A stretch of 64,000 nucleotides of DNA, from positions 36,890,001-36,954,000 of the forward strand of contig JAGIQG010000026.1 of NCBI GenBank assembly GCA_024679065.1, read 5' to 3'. Of this stretch, positions 62,102 to 64,000 are shown in pieces. This DNA is from Sphyrna mokarran. Its lineage: Eukaryota. The number at the start of each line of letters is the position of its first letter. The stretch's first letter is position 1. The notes beneath the pieces are model-generated. The model worked only from the letters and a program-made list of their open reading frames with translations. It was not told the DNA's origin and did not search any database. Position numbers and translations under genes: made by a program.

Positions 62102-63639
62102 CAGGTAGCAACCTCGTGAAACTTGGCCATATCATGTTCTAATGCCTTGGTAACATTACTCTAGCATTGTCCCACAATGCAGAATGACATTGTTCTAGCT
62201 TGACATAATACCATGGAAAGGCAAAGCACCAATCCATCTTTGCTGGAATGACTCATCAATGTGCAATTAAAGTGAACACTATTAAGATAAGATGGGAGAT
62301 TGTCCCTCTGCAAGATGCATGAATCTATCATGTTTTTTAAATGATTTATCCTGGATTTGCTGTTGACCCCGTTATTGCTGCAACAGTGTTAGATCAATGA
62401 TGGCATTCCCATCTCTGATCAGGAAGCTTTTAGATTCAAACTTCACTCCAGCCGGCCCCAGGAAGTGGAGACCCAGCCCCCAGTCTCTGAAAGTGTGGAC
62501 GTGCAGTAAGGTATTGGAACATAATGGGAGTGGGGAGATGATCCTTTCCCTTCAGGTCCTGACTGTTTGTTGGTTCTCCAGTCAGTCTCTTCCAACAAGG
62601 TCAAAGAGTTATATAAGTGATGCACAGCCGTTCCTTATGAAAACTAACACACAAACTAACAAACCCACGGTCAATCTTTCACAGCTGGAGTCACAAAGGG
62701 AAGCATTTCAACAATCCCTTAAAATTAATCCGAGGCTTCCTTTCTGAGATTCTCTGTATCATTACAGGGTAGATTGGTGGCCTGGCCACTGGGTTTGTGA
62801 TTCAGAGACAAGGGTTCAAATCCCACATAACTGTCTATGACCGTATTGGTAGGAGTGACTGCTGTGATGTATGTTGGGGTTTTGGGTGCAGACTGCCCCA
62901 TGAAGAGTACTGATCAAGTGACCCCCTCGGCTAATAGCTCTGCCCAGTCTGGGGCCTGCTTGGGCAGTCCATGACCACATAGGTGTGAATGAGTTCACAT
63001 CCACAATAAACAGCTCCCAGTATTGAAGTATTCAAGTCTACCTCATGATTCTTTATGCCCCTAAATCCACAGGGGGAAACGTAATTACCTTGCAGTCCTT
63101 GTGGAGGCAAAGCCCCATCAGCATATCCTCTCTCATCAGTGGTGTGACCACCATGCTAACTGGGATAAACTTCAAACAAATCTAGCAACTCAGAACTGAA
63201 CATCCGTGAGGCACCATGAGATATGAACCACCAGTGGTGTGTTTGGAGGACAGTTGAGAGTCAACTGTGTTGCTGTGAATCTGGAGGTTGATATAAGTAA
63301 GACCATGATTTCCTTCAATAGCAAACAACTTCTTACAACAGAACTGTGCTCACCATTACTGATCCTTGCTTTTATTCCAGATTTATTCAATTATCTTTTT
63401 AAACCAAGTTCACAAACAGCTTTGGTGGGATTTGAACTCTTGCCTCTCAACTATTAATCCTGACCTCTGGATCACGAACTCAGTGGGCAGATACACAGAG
63501 GGACTGTAACAGAGTTAGCAATGCACAGATGTGTAGTCAAAGTGAGGCAAATAACTGTAGAGACAAAGACATGAGCAGATAGAAAAGAAAACTAACTGAC
63601 AAAGACTGCAAAAGAGACTCTAAACTGTCCACTGGAAGT

Positions 63640-63810
63640 AACACACACCAGGTTTAAGTCCAACCAGTTTATTTGATAATAATCCCACAAGCTTTCAGAA
63701 ATGGTGTTCCTTCATCAGGTGAGTGGAACCTTCCTGGTTGGACTTAAACCTGATGTTGTGAGACTTCTTACTGTGATTACCCCAGTCCAGTGTCAGCATC
63801 TCCACATCAC
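63640..63810. mobile_element. Short fold-back Penelope-associated repeat (other copies about 10070-10172, 47355-47437, 61453-61588)
   Basis: Inverted arms acaccaggtttaagtccaac / gttggacttaaacctgatgt and a shared end ccccagtcca..gcatctccacatca. Confidence 0.65.
63686..63722 (-). ncRNA. Minimal type I hammerhead ribozyme motif
   Basis: Minus strand CAC-CUGAUGA-AGGAA(CACCA)UUUCU-GAAA-GCUU-GUG: conserved cores, paired stem II, short stem I, palindromic AAGCUU stem III. Confidence 0.6.
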
Positions 63811-64000
63811 TGGAAGTAACGCAGTGATTCCCTGAGCTGTCGCAAATTTAAAGTAGCCCAATCCCAACTTTGCAGAAGAATTAGGGAATAAATGCTGAAG
63901 TGGTTAATTATCAGCTGATCCCAAGAATCAATTCGTATTTATTCCAAAGGTGAAATCTGAAGGGTTTCAGAGCAATATTGCCCACTACTGACATTAGCTA

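Noticed and set aside
1-64000. Prokaryotic-style systems (CRISPR arrays, operons, defence loci) and the many 60-140 aa ORFs
   Set aside because: This is eukaryotic intron-containing DNA with no regularly spaced repeats. The short ORFs are alternative frames or antisense reads of exons and TEs, or chance ORFs.

Overview
Repeat-rich vertebrate genomic DNA, most likely from a shark or ray (HE1-type V-SINEs and CR1 LINEs are abundant). It holds two intact, tandem, minus-strand genes for papain-family (C1A) cathepsin L/S/K-like cysteine proteases. Each has 7 coding exons plus a candidate short non-coding exon 1 with a TATA box. Gene A: CDS 39107->20889, 334 aa. Gene B: CDS 55650->45273, 333 aa. 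All splice sites are GT-AG, frames are open, and the catalytic Gln/Cys/His/Asn are intact. The rest is mostly transposable elements: young and old CR1 LINEs, a Tx1-like LINE, RTE and L2-like fragments, a Gmr1-type Gypsy relic, a Harbinger Myb relic, SINEs and Penelope-type ends. I see no wholly new multi-gene system. The best candidates for novelty are: (1) a strongly remodelled S2 specificity pocket, charged in gene B (Y67/K68/S133/E160/D205); (2) a sharp 111-nt apparent gene-conversion tract over the catalytic-Cys half of exon 5; (3) several locally templated duplications; (4) a minimal hammerhead ribozyme motif. Exon coordinates were read by hand; repeat boundaries are approximate.
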